This document shows positions 1 to 8,784 of a stretch of DNA of 64,000 bases, piece after piece. The stretch covers positions 672,001-736,000 of the forward strand of contig OZ220732.1 of assembly GCA_965116905.1 (NCBI GenBank). The letters run 5' to 3'. Made by a program: the position numbers and the translations under genes. The notes beneath the pieces are model-generated. The model ran no database searches. It was not told where the DNA came from and saw only the letters and a program-made list of their open reading frames with translations. Position 1 is the first letter of the stretch; every line of letters begins with the position of its first letter. The DNA comes from Longimicrobiales bacterium. Its GTDB lineage: Bacteria > Gemmatimonadota > Gemmatimonadetes > Longimicrobiales > Gaopeijiaceae.

Positions 1-267
1 AGCGATCTTCAGCGTCAGGCTGGGATCCGGAAGACGATGCACTTCGTCGAGGACGAGCACCGCACGACGTCCTTGGCCGCCGAGGAAGAGCTCGGGGTCG
101 GCCAGCGCGCGGGCGGTAGAGGGCAGATCGCAGTTGCAGTAGGTGATGTCGGGCACCATGCCCGCAAGGGTGGTCTTCCCCACCCGCCGCACACCCGAAA
201 GCCAGACGATGGGCCTTTCGGACCATCCGCGCCGGATTCTCTCCAGCCACTGTGGACGCCGTATCAT
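1..267 (-). CDS. AAA+ ATPase (AAA_14/DUF4143-type), N-terminal part, runs off the window edge
   Basis: Manual translation from ATG 267: MIRRPQWLERIRRGWSERPIVWLSGVRRVGKTTLA...VLVLDEVHRL, with Walker A (GxRRVGKT) and Walker B (LDEVH). Not in the ORF track. Confidence 0.8.
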   Translation of the reverse strand, partial: MIRRPQWLERIRRGWSERPIVWLSGVRRVGKTTLAGMVPDITYCNCDLPSTARALADPELFLGGQGRRAVLVLDEVHRLPDPSLTLKIA

Positions 268-392
268 AAGTGTATTTTACATTTAGTCAGTCAAAATGAC
301 AAATACGATTCGCAGTCGGTGGCGACGTCCGACCCCCGGCAGCCCGCACGCCGGTTGCGCCGCCCGCCCATATCGCCCGAGGTTGCCACTCC

Positions 393-599
393 ATGAAGTC
401 CTTCTTCCCGATGGTGCGCCGCGAGGGCATGACGCTCGTGTTCCTGATCGCCTTCGCCACGTTCGCTTTCATCCCCGTGTGGCGCGAACTCGAGGTCGGC
501 GGCATGGCCGTGTTCGGCTGGCTGATCGCGGCCCTGATGCTGATTTCGCCGGCCGTCACGCTCGTGGCCTTCCTCCGGCGCCGGGGTAATTCGGACTGA
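393..599 (+). CDS. Small two-helix membrane protein, probable partner of the downstream SSS symporter
   Basis: 68 aa with two hydrophobic segments; stop overlaps the symporter start (TGATG). Confidence 0.65.
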   Translation: MKSFFPMVRREGMTLVFLIAFATFAFIPVWRELEVGGMAVFGWLIAALMLISPAVTLVAFLRRRGNSD

Positions 600-2026
600 T
601 GCTCCTCGAGCGCGTCCTCGTCGGCATCTACCTGGCCGCCTGCATCGGGATCGGGATCTGGGCCTCGAAAAAGGTCCTGACCTCGCGCAGCGAGTACTGG
701 GTGGCGGGCAGGCGCATCGGCACGGTCGTCAATTCGATGGCGATCATGGCGGCGCTGGCGAGTGGCGGCTCGATCATCGGCGTGATGGGCCTGGCGTACG
801 CGCAGGGCATCCCGGCCACTCTGGCGCTCTTCGGCGGGTCGGTGGTCGGCTTTTCGCTCGCTTCGATCCTCGTCGCCAGGCCGCTCCGCAACTTCGGCAA
901 GTTCACGATCACCGACTTCCTGAGCTTCCGGTATCCGCACGCGCTGGTGCGCTACCTGGTCCCCATCCTCATCGTTATCGCCTTCACCATCTACATCGTG
1001 GCGCAGCTCAAGGCGGCCGGCATCGCCGCGGAAGCGCTGCTCGGAATCCCGTACAACACGGCGCTGGCAATCGCGACAGTGGTGTTCGTCGTGTACGTCT
1101 CGTTCGGGGGCATGGTCGCGATCACCTGGACGGACGTGATCCAGGGCTTCCTCATGGTGCTGGTCGTGGTGGGCACCGCCGCCGTGCTTGTGTGGCGGGT
1201 GGGATCGCCCGTCGAGATCATGAGCCAGGCCACGGCCGTGGCGCCCGAACTGGGGCAGGTCGCGCACCGGCCCGTGTCCAGCTACCTCGGCTACTTCGTG
1301 ATCTGGGCCACGGCCATCCCCGTGATCCCCCACATCGTCATGCGCGTCTTCACCGCGCGCGACGCCGACAGCGCGCGCATGTCGCTGAACCTGTCGATGC
1401 TCGTGTACAGCGTGATGATCCTCGCGGCGGTGCTCGTCGTCGTGCCGGTCGGCCGCATGGACTTTCCCGGGTTGCAGGACGCGGACGAGCTCTTCCTGCG
1501 CGTGATGGAGACGCAGTTCTCGCCGCTGATCCGCGGCATTGCGGTTGCCGCCGTACTCGCCGCCGTCATGTCCACCACCGATGCGCTTCTCCTCGCCTGC
1601 AGCTCCGCGGTCGCGCACGACATCCTGGGCGGGCTGGGGCGCGGCCGCGCGAGCGAACGCACCCTCAGCCTGGTGCGCATCGTCACGACCTGGGTGATCG
1701 GGACCGCGGCCCTCCTGTGGGCGTTCTCGCCGCCCGAACTGATCACCCAGTTCTACACGGCCGGCGTCGGCGTGCTCAGCTCCAGCCTGTTCGTGCCCAC
1801 CGTGGCCGGGCTCTGGTGGAAGCGGGCCAACCTGGCGGGTGGCGTCGGGGCGGTCGTGTCGGGCGCGGGCGTCTACATGGTGGTGCAGCTCGGGATCGTC
1901 GATATCGGCGTGGCGCCGGTGGTTGTCGCGCTCGCCGCCAGCGCCGCGGCCATGATCCTGGGCGGGCTGTTCGGTCCGCGGGAATCCAGCGAGATGGTCG
2001 GGCACATCGAGGCGCTTCACGGGTAG
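599..2026 (+). CDS. Sodium:solute symporter (SSS) family protein
   Basis: About 13 TM segments; motifs YWVAGRRIG, GGMVAITWTDVIQG, LAAVMSTTD. Confidence 0.9.
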   Translation: MLLERVLVGIYLAACIGIGIWASKKVLTSRSEYWVAGRRIGTVVNSMAIMAALASGGSIIGVMGLAYAQGIPATLALFGGSVVGFSLASILVARPLRNFGKFTITDFLSFRYPHALVRYLVPILIVIAFTIYIVAQLKAAGIAAEALLGIPYNTALAIATVVFVVYVSFGGMVAITWTDVIQGFLMVLVVVGTAAVLVWRVGSPVEIMSQATAVAPELGQVAHRPVSSYLGYFVIWATAIPVIPHIVMRVFTARDADSARMSLNLSMLVYSVMILAAVLVVVPVGRMDFPGLQDADELFLRVMETQFSPLIRGIAVAAVLAAVMSTTDALLLACSSAVAHDILGGLGRGRASERTLSLVRIVTTWVIGTAALLWAFSPPELITQFYTAGVGVLSSSLFVPTVAGLWWKRANLAGGVGAVVSGAGVYMVVQLGIVDIGVAPVVVALAASAAAMILGGLFGPRESSEMVGHIEALHG

Positions 2027-2034
2027 GAGAGCGA

Positions 2035-2403
2035 ATGCGAGCAATCACAATCGCCCTGGCTGCCCTGACCATGCAGGGATGCGGGATCTTCGACACGGGC
2101 CTGGTCTGCACCGCCCAATACGTATACGCGGTCACGGTCGAGGTGCAGGACGCCTTGACGGGCGGACCGCCGGATGCCGTGCCGAGAGGGACCCTTGTGG
2201 ACGGACAATACCGCGAGACCATGGAGCTGCACGGCGAGCAGTTCCTGTACGGCGGTGGAGAGCGTCCCGGTACCTACGTTGTCGAGGTTCGGGCTGACGG
2301 TTACCGGCCATGGCGAGTCGAAGGGGTGGAGGCGGGGCACGATGGTTGTCATGTCGAGAACATTCATCTCCTCGCCGAACTGGTCGCGCCGACTGCACCC
2401 TGA
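2035..2403 (+). CDS. Putative lipoprotein with carboxypeptidase-regulatory-like (beta-sandwich) domain
   Basis: ATG 2035 after GGAGA; lipobox-like MQGC; ERPGTYVVEVRADGYRPW motif. Confidence 0.6.
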   Translation: MRAITIALAALTMQGCGIFDTGLVCTAQYVYAVTVEVQDALTGGPPDAVPRGTLVDGQYRETMELHGEQFLYGGGERPGTYVVEVRADGYRPWRVEGVEAGHDGCHVENIHLLAELVAPTAP

Positions 2404-2424
2404 CGGCCACCGCGACGTCGTAAC

Positions 2425-3711
2425 GTGAAGCGGAAGAGATTCGGAGGCGGCCGGGTCAGCTTCGGTCAACAATCCATCGGCCGGCGCGACTTCGTTTGCC
2501 GTGTGGGGGGCGGGCTGGCGGGGGGCGGGCTGGCCGGCGGGCTGGCCAGCGGGCTGGCGGGCAGCGGGCTCGCGGGGCTCGGTCTGGTCTCCTGCTCCAG
2601 TCCGCTCGAACCCGAAGACACCCCCGGGGCGCTGACCTCGCCGTCGCGGCCACTCCAGATCATTGTGGTCGGTGCCGGCATGTCCGGGCTGGTCGCGGCC
2701 TGGGAACTCTCGCGGGCCGGGCACGACGTGACGGTGCTGGAGGCGCGGGAGCGCGTCGGCGGACGCGTCCTGACGCTGCGGTCCCCGTTTGCTTCCGGGC
2801 ACTCCGCCGAGGCGGGCGCCGCGCGCATACCTCCGGAGCACGAGCTGACTCTGGGATACGCGCGCCATTTCGGACTGGAACTGGACCGCTTCTACCCCGA
2901 GGACGGGCTGTTTCTGCGTGTCCAGAACGGGCAGCGGGCGACGGTTCCCGCGGGGTCCTTTCTCTCCGAATGGCCCGACTTCGCGAAAATCCGGGGCGGC
3001 ACCGACCGCTTGCCCGCCGCCTTTGCGGACGCCCTGGGAAACCGCGTAGTCACGACCGCGCCCGTCACCGAAATCGCAGTCGGGGCCGGGAACGCCGTGG
3101 GCATCACCACCGCCGACGGCGGCCACTACCTGGCGGACAGGGTCCTGGTGACCGTGCCGGTGCCCCTTCTCTCCACCATCCGCTTCTCACCGCCGCTCTC
3201 CGCCGCCAAAACCGAGGCGATGAACGGAGGCTTCCACTACCAGAGCGCCACGCGCGTTTTCGTCCGGTTCCGCACGCGGTTCTGGGAAAGCGACGGCCTG
3301 AACGGCTGGGGAACGACCGACTGGCCCGAAGAACTCTGGCATCCCACCTGGGACACGCCGGGTCCCGGAGGCGTCCTGCTCACCTACGTGCGCGGCGCCC
3401 GCGCGGACGAACTCGATCCGCTCGACGGCGACGCCCGCGTGGCCCGCGTCCTGGCCCACTGGGAGGACTTCCTGCCGGGTGCCGCCAGCCACGCCGCAAC
3501 CGGCACCTCGCACTCGTGGCAGCGGGACCCCTGGAGCCGCGCCGCCTGGGCCGAACCCACGCCGACGCAGGACAGAGAACTCGGCAGCGCGCTCGCCCGG
3601 CCCGAGGGACCGGTCCATTTCGCCGGCGAGCACATTTCGGGCGCCCGCGGGTGGATGAACGGGGCGCTCGAGTCGGGTATCCGGGCCGCGCGCGAGATCA
3701 ACGCGGGCTGA
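2425..3711 (+). CDS. Flavin monoamine oxidase family protein, probable Tat-exported lipoprotein
   Basis: RRDFV twin-arginine motif; VVGAGMSGL...LEARERVGGR FAD-binding motif; C-terminal HFAGEH...WMNGALESG. Confidence 0.85.
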   Translation: MKRKRFGGGRVSFGQQSIGRRDFVCRVGGGLAGGGLAGGLASGLAGSGLAGLGLVSCSSPLEPEDTPGALTSPSRPLQIIVVGAGMSGLVAAWELSRAGHDVTVLEARERVGGRVLTLRSPFASGHSAEAGAARIPPEHELTLGYARHFGLELDRFYPEDGLFLRVQNGQRATVPAGSFLSEWPDFAKIRGGTDRLPAAFADALGNRVVTTAPVTEIAVGAGNAVGITTADGGHYLADRVLVTVPVPLLSTIRFSPPLSAAKTEAMNGGFHYQSATRVFVRFRTRFWESDGLNGWGTTDWPEELWHPTWDTPGPGGVLLTYVRGARADELDPLDGDARVARVLAHWEDFLPGAASHAATGTSHSWQRDPWSRAAWAEPTPTQDRELGSALARPEGPVHFAGEHISGARGWMNGALESGIRAAREINAG

Positions 3712-3823
3712 GGGCGCCAACGATTGCGCCCGGCGGCCGGGCAGACAGATCCCTCGCCGCCGCTGTGCCGATACCGTACCATGCGTTGAGCGTTCGCCCA
3801 TCGACCATCCCGGAGGAAAGACC

Positions 3824-5665
3824 GTGAAGACCGCCCCACGCACCGCAACCCTGTTCATCGGAGGCCTCCTCTTCACCGGGACCGGTGTCACCGCTCAGCA
3901 GCGCCCGGAGCGCGACCCGAACAGCATGGGCGGCGGAGACTGCGCGGCCAACGTCTACAACTGCCGCGACACGCCGAACCCGCTTCCGGCCCCGAACACG
4001 GTCTGGATCGAGGAGATGACGTGGATGGACGTCCGCGATGCCCTGGCCGACGGCATGACCACGGCCATCATCCCCACCGGCGGCGTCGAGCCCAACGGTC
4101 CCTGGCTCGCCACCGGCAAGCACAACTTCGTGCTGCGCGCCAACTGCGACGCGATCGCGCGCGAGCTGGGCGACGCGCTGTGCGCCCCGATCATCAAGCT
4201 GGTGCCCGAGGGGAATATCGACCCGCCCAGCGGCCACATGACCAGCCCCGGCACCCTCAGCCTGCGTCAGGAGACCTTCGAGGGGCTGCTGACCGATGTC
4301 GCGCACAGCCTGAAGATGCACGGCTTCCGCAACATCATCTTCATCGGGGACAGCGGGGGGAACCAGGGCGGCCAGCGCGCCGTGGCCGAGCGGCTCAACG
4401 AGAAGTTCGCGGGCGCGGCGATCGTGGCCCACGTGCAGGAGTACTACGACTACAACTCGGTCACGCGGTACATGGCCTTCCGGGGGCTGGAGACCGGTGA
4501 GAACGAGGGCCTGCACGACGACCCGATCATCGCCCTGAACATGTTCTACGACGACCCGTTCTCGGTGCGCTTCAACGAGCGGGTCGCGGCGGGCAAGGCG
4601 ACGATCAACGGTGTCTCGCTCGCGGACCGGGTCAAGTCGCTGGAGCTGGCCCGCGAGATCGTGGCGTTCCGCGCCGGACACACCGCCGACGCCATCCGCA
4701 CCGCTATCGCCAACCGGGGCACGCTGCCGGCACCCGACCGGTCGGCCCGGTTCGCGGCCATGCGGCGCGCGGCCGGGGGGCAGGCACAGCGTCCGGGCGG
4801 GGGACAGCGTCCGGGCGGGGGACCGGGTGGTCAGCGCCCCGCCCCCGATCCCCGCTCGATGGGCGGCGGCCAGTGCAGCGCCAACATCTACAACTGCGCC
4901 GACACGCCCAACCCCCTGCCCCCGGTCGGTACGCCGTGGATCGAGGAGATGACGTGGATGGACGTCCGCGACGCCCTAGCAGACGGCAAGACCACGGCCA
5001 TCATCGCCACCGGCGGCGTCGAGCCCAACGGTCCCTGGCTGGTGACGGGCAAGCACAACTACGTGCTGCGCGCCAACTGTCCCGCGATCGCGCGCAAGCT
5101 CGGCACTGCGCTCTGCGCACCCGTGATCGAGACCGTGCCCGAGGGCAATATCGACCCGCCCAGCGGCCACATGACCAGCCCGGGCACGATCAGCCTGCGC
5201 CAGGAGACCTTCGAGGCCGTCCTCACCGATGTCGCGCACAGCCTCAAGATGCACGGCTTCGAGAACATCGTGCTCATCGGCGACAGCGGCGGGAACCAGC
5301 GCGGCATGGAGAACGTGGCCAACGCGCTCACCGAGGCCTGGGGCGGCGAGGCCGCCGTCCACTTCATCCCCGAGTACTACCGGGCGCCTCCGGGCAGCCC
5401 GAACGTGCTCCGCGACCTGGGCGTCGTCACCGACGACATGACCAGCGATGCGCTCCACGACAATCCGACGATCACGTTGAACATGATGCTCGACGACCCG
5501 GCGTCGGTGCGCTGGGGCGCTCGCGTGAAGGCCGGCCAGGCGGTGATCGACGGGTTCTCCATCGCCGATCTGGGCAGGTCGCTCGAACTCGGGCGCCAGA
5601 TCTCCGATGCGCGCGCCGAGCGCACCGCGCGAGTGATCGAGGAGAGGATACGTGAGGAATCATGA
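3824..5665 (+). CDS. Secreted tandem (two-domain) creatininase-family protein
   Basis: Signal peptide; two internal copies of WIEEMTWMDVRDA...TGGVEPNGPW...GDSGGNQ joined by a Gly/Gln/Pro-rich linker. Confidence 0.75.
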   Translation: MKTAPRTATLFIGGLLFTGTGVTAQQRPERDPNSMGGGDCAANVYNCRDTPNPLPAPNTVWIEEMTWMDVRDALADGMTTAIIPTGGVEPNGPWLATGKHNFVLRANCDAIARELGDALCAPIIKLVPEGNIDPPSGHMTSPGTLSLRQETFEGLLTDVAHSLKMHGFRNIIFIGDSGGNQGGQRAVAERLNEKFAGAAIVAHVQEYYDYNSVTRYMAFRGLETGENEGLHDDPIIALNMFYDDPFSVRFNERVAAGKATINGVSLADRVKSLELAREIVAFRAGHTADAIRTAIANRGTLPAPDRSARFAAMRRAAGGQAQRPGGGQRPGGGPGGQRPAPDPRSMGGGQCSANIYNCADTPNPLPPVGTPWIEEMTWMDVRDALADGKTTAIIATGGVEPNGPWLVTGKHNYVLRANCPAIARKLGTALCAPVIETVPEGNIDPPSGHMTSPGTISLRQETFEAVLTDVAHSLKMHGFENIVLIGDSGGNQRGMENVANALTEAWGGEAAVHFIPEYYRAPPGSPNVLRDLGVVTDDMTSDALHDNPTITLNMMLDDPASVRWGARVKAGQAVIDGFSIADLGRSLELGRQISDARAERTARVIEERIREES

Positions 5666-5789
5666 AGGCAAGCCGGTAGCACGGGTGTTACCCTTTCATC
5701 AGGATTCCGCCAGCCTGATCGGCAGTCTGCGGGACAAGATCAAGATCAGCGGCGACATCATCCAAGCCCCATTGGACAAGGAGGACATC

Positions 5790-6110
5790 ATGGCCAAGTA
5801 CATGTTTCGAACCAGCTACACGCAATCCGGTCTCAAGGGACTGCTCGCGGAGGGCGGCAGCGGCCGGGAGGCGGCGCTGCGTGCCACGGTCGAGAGCGCG
5901 GGCGGCACGCTGGAGGGGTTCTACTACGCCTTCGGCGACTGCGACCTCTTTCTGATCGCCGATCTTCCGGACGAGGCCGCGGCCACGGCGCTTTCCCTGA
6001 ACATCGCCGCCGCGGGTGCCCTCACCGTATCCGTGACCGTGCTGCTCACCGCCGAAGACATCGACAACGCGGTCGCCAAGTCCGTCTCGTACCGCTTGCC
6101 GGGCGCCTGA
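5790..6110 (+). CDS. GYD domain protein
   Basis: AAGGAGG RBS before ATG 5790; MAKYMFRTSYT...GGTLEGFYYAFGDCDL pattern. Confidence 0.8.
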   Translation: MAKYMFRTSYTQSGLKGLLAEGGSGREAALRATVESAGGTLEGFYYAFGDCDLFLIADLPDEAAATALSLNIAAAGALTVSVTVLLTAEDIDNAVAKSVSYRLPGA

Positions 6111-6131
6111 CCTCCAGGGGGCTGCCTGCGC

Positions 6132-6977
6132 CTATCGGGCCAGGCTCTCCCGGATCGCGCGCACCGTGATCGCGGTGCGGTACTCGATCAGCGCCCGGCC
6201 GATCTCGATGGTTCGCTCCACGGGCCCGAGGTCGACCTCGTTGATCGAGTAGAGCCCCGCCTCGATCCGCTGACGCGCGCGAATGCGCTCCGGACCGGTG
6301 GTGGCCACGATCGCGGAGTAGTGGACATCGTCGTGATAGAGGTCGCGCGTCGCTGAGCACACATCGGGCTGCTGGAAGATCTGCAGCTCTTCCTTCAGGA
6401 ACTCGCAGCTCCAGATGTCCTCGCGGTAGTACTCCTCGATGTAGTGGGCCCGCGCCGCACCGCTCCAGTATTCGTTGAGCCTGTCCGCGGTCACGGACAT
6501 CCCGTTCTGGTTGCCCCCGCTGTCCCCGATGAAGACGACATCGGTGAAGCCCTGGCTCTTGAGGCTGTTGGCCACGTCCTCGAGCACCATGCGGAAGGTC
6601 TCCTGGCGGACGCTCAGGGTGCCGGGGTAGCGGATGTTCTCGGGGTCCCCCTCGGGCACGTACTTCATGACCGGCGCGCACAGCGCGTTGCCCAGTTCGC
6701 GTGCAATCGCGTCGCACATCGCCTCGAGGACGTAGTTGTGCTTCCCGCCCGCCATGTAGGGACCGTTCTGCTCGACTCCGCCGGTCGCGATGATCCCCGT
6801 CGTCCTGCCCGCGGCGATCTCGTCCCGCACCTCCATCCACGTCAACTCGTCGATCCAGATCGAATTGATGCCCTCGATGGGGCGGGGAGCGGTCATCATG
6901 GCATCCTGTCCCGCTGCCGGGACAACGGGGAGGAGCATCAGCGCGAAGGCTCCCGGTATCGATTTCGTCGCTCTCAC
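6132..6977 (-). CDS. Secreted creatininase-family protein (single domain)
   Basis: WIDELTWMEVRD, TGGVEQNGPY, GDSGGNQ; paralog of the 3824-5665 domains; GTG start at 6977 inferred from an RBS. Confidence 0.75.
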   Translation of the reverse strand: MRATKSIPGAFALMLLPVVPAAGQDAMMTAPRPIEGINSIWIDELTWMEVRDEIAAGRTTGIIATGGVEQNGPYMAGGKHNYVLEAMCDAIARELGNALCAPVMKYVPEGDPENIRYPGTLSVRQETFRMVLEDVANSLKSQGFTDVVFIGDSGGNQNGMSVTADRLNEYWSGAARAHYIEEYYREDIWSCEFLKEELQIFQQPDVCSATRDLYHDDVHYSAIVATTGPERIRARQRIEAGLYSINEVDLGPVERTIEIGRALIEYRTAITVRAIRESLAR

Positions 6978-6990
6978 TTCCTCACTCCTT

Positions 6991-7034
6991 GATGGCAATG
7001 ACATCACAGCATAGTATACGATGGCATTGCCATC
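6991..7034. promoter_or_regulatory. Two palindromic operator-like sites upstream of the RHH antitoxin
   Basis: GATGGCA-A-TGACATC (6991-7005, imperfect) and GATGGCA-T-TGCCATC (7020-7034, perfect). Confidence 0.55.
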
Positions 7035-7058
7035 ACAATACAGGGACAATGGACAACC

Positions 7059-7295
7059 ATGGGTCAACTCGCCGTCCGCAAGCTATCACGTCAGGTCATC
7101 GACCGCCTCAAGCAGCGGGCCGCGGCCAACGGCCGGTCCGCCGAAGCGGAACACCGCGAGATTCTGCGAAAGGCCCTGCTTCCGGCAGAGGGTGAGTTTG
7201 CCGAGCGGGCACGGGCCATGCGGCAGCGGCTGGCGTCGTCCATCGACAGCACCGCGACCATTCGGGCCGACCGCGAGCGGGGCCTCTATTCATGA
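7059..7295 (+). CDS. FitA-like ribbon-helix-helix antitoxin
   Basis: MGQLAVRKL...RLKQRAAANGRSAEAEHREIL; overlaps the PIN gene (ATGA). Confidence 0.85.
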   Translation: MGQLAVRKLSRQVIDRLKQRAAANGRSAEAEHREILRKALLPAEGEFAERARAMRQRLASSIDSTATIRADRERGLYS

Positions 7296-7717
7296 GGGGC
7301 TACGTGGTCGATGCCAGCGTGGCCGTGAAATGGCTGATCGCCGAACCGCTCTCGGACGAGTCGGCAAAGCTCCTCGACGCGGACGTTACGCTCCTGGCGC
7401 CCGACCTGCTCTTTGCAGAGGCCACAAGCGCGCTGGCCGCCAAGCACCGGCACGGCGAGCTGGACCCGGAGCAGTTCGCGGACGCGGTGGACCTGCTGCG
7501 GACCGCCCCGGTGGCCACGCCCCTTTCCATGCGCCGGCTGGCGGCGTCCAGCGCTCGCCTGGCGCGAGACCTGGGGCACCCCGTCTACGATTGCGTCTAT
7601 CTTGCGCTGGCGATCCACGAGAACCACCCGGTGGTGACCGCGGACACGCGCTTCCATGACAAGGTGCGCAGGCATCCCTATCTGGCCGACCGGGTGGTTC
7701 ACGTCGCCGACCTCTGA
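7292..7717 (+). CDS. vapC: VapC-family PIN toxin
   Basis: YVVDASVAVKW, HPVYDCVYLALA, VVTAD motifs. Confidence 0.85.
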   Translation: MRGYVVDASVAVKWLIAEPLSDESAKLLDADVTLLAPDLLFAEATSALAAKHRHGELDPEQFADAVDLLRTAPVATPLSMRRLAASSARLARDLGHPVYDCVYLALAIHENHPVVTADTRFHDKVRRHPYLADRVVHVADL

Positions 7718-7767
7718 CCGCGTGGCGTGGCGCCGGACCGCGTGGCGTCGCGCTGGACCGCCCTGCG

Positions 7768-8784
7768 TCAGCGCTGAGGGTCGTACAGGCGGATGACCTC
7801 GGCAACGGTCATGTCGCCCACCTGGCGTGCCAGTCCGGCCTCCCGCACCGAGGCGATCGCTTCCTCGAAGCGGCGCTTTTCGCTATCCGGCAGATCGATG
7901 AACTCCACGCCGGCCTCCCTCGCCATCTGCAGCCCCTCGGCACCGGCGCGCGCATAGGAAACGGCCCCGGCCAGCGACAGGGACACGTCGGCGGCTTCGT
8001 CGATCCAGCCCCGTTCCTCGACGGAGAGGGCGTCGTACACACCCTGATTCATCAGCAGAACGAAGGGCAGCCCGGACAGGGGGAGCCAGGTTGTCAGGTA
8101 GCCGGTGGGCTCGTGAAGCTGGAACGCGACGATCCCCGAGGGGGACACGGCCACACCGTCGATGACCCCCGTGGACAGACTCTGGTGGACCACCGTACCC
8201 GGCTGCATGACCGCGCTGGCTCCGAGTGCCTCGATGAACGGAATGGCGCTCCGCGTGGAGACCCGGATCTTGAGCCCGCGCATGTCTTCGAGCGTCCGCA
8301 CCGGTTTGTCACGGGTAAGCAGCACGGGGGCCTCGTTGGCCCACAGCCCCAGCACCTTCGCCTCGTACTCGGGCTCCAGAACCGACAACGCGCGCCGCAG
8401 GGCCTCGGTGCACCCCGCCGCGGTCTTGCAGATCCCCGGATAGGCGATCAGGTCGGTCTTCGGAAAGACGTCGGCGGTGTACGCGGGGATTACAAGGGCG
8501 ATATCGGCCACGCCACCGAGCAGGATCGAGTACTGCGCCGACGCCGACGAGTTCAGGGCTCCGGCGGGAAACTGCCGCACGGTCAGTCTGCCGCCCGAGA
8601 GCTCTTCAAGCTTCTGCGACAAGGGTGTGAACATGCCTTCGGTCAGGACATGGTCTGCCGGCAGGAAGTGCGCCAGGGACAGCTCGCGGGTGTCGGACGG
8701 CGGCCCGCACCCGGCCGCAAGCGGCAAGCCGGCCGCCAGCGCGAGGAGTCCGTGGATGGAGCGGCGCGCCACCTCAGGACCCAC
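7768..8784 (-). CDS. dctP: TRAP transporter substrate-binding protein (DctP-like)
   Basis: Lipoprotein signal; EELSGGRLTVRQFPAGAL, VRTLEDMRGLKIR, LSTGVIDG. Confidence 0.85.
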   Translation of the reverse strand: MGPEVARRSIHGLLALAAGLPLAAGCGPPSDTRELSLAHFLPADHVLTEGMFTPLSQKLEELSGGRLTVRQFPAGALNSSASAQYSILLGGVADIALVIPAYTADVFPKTDLIAYPGICKTAAGCTEALRRALSVLEPEYEAKVLGLWANEAPVLLTRDKPVRTLEDMRGLKIRVSTRSAIPFIEALGASAVMQPGTVVHQSLSTGVIDGVAVSPSGIVAFQLHEPTGYLTTWLPLSGLPFVLLMNQGVYDALSVEERGWIDEAADVSLSLAGAVSYARAGAEGLQMAREAGVEFIDLPDSEKRRFEEAIASVREAGLARQVGDMTVAEVIRLYDPQR

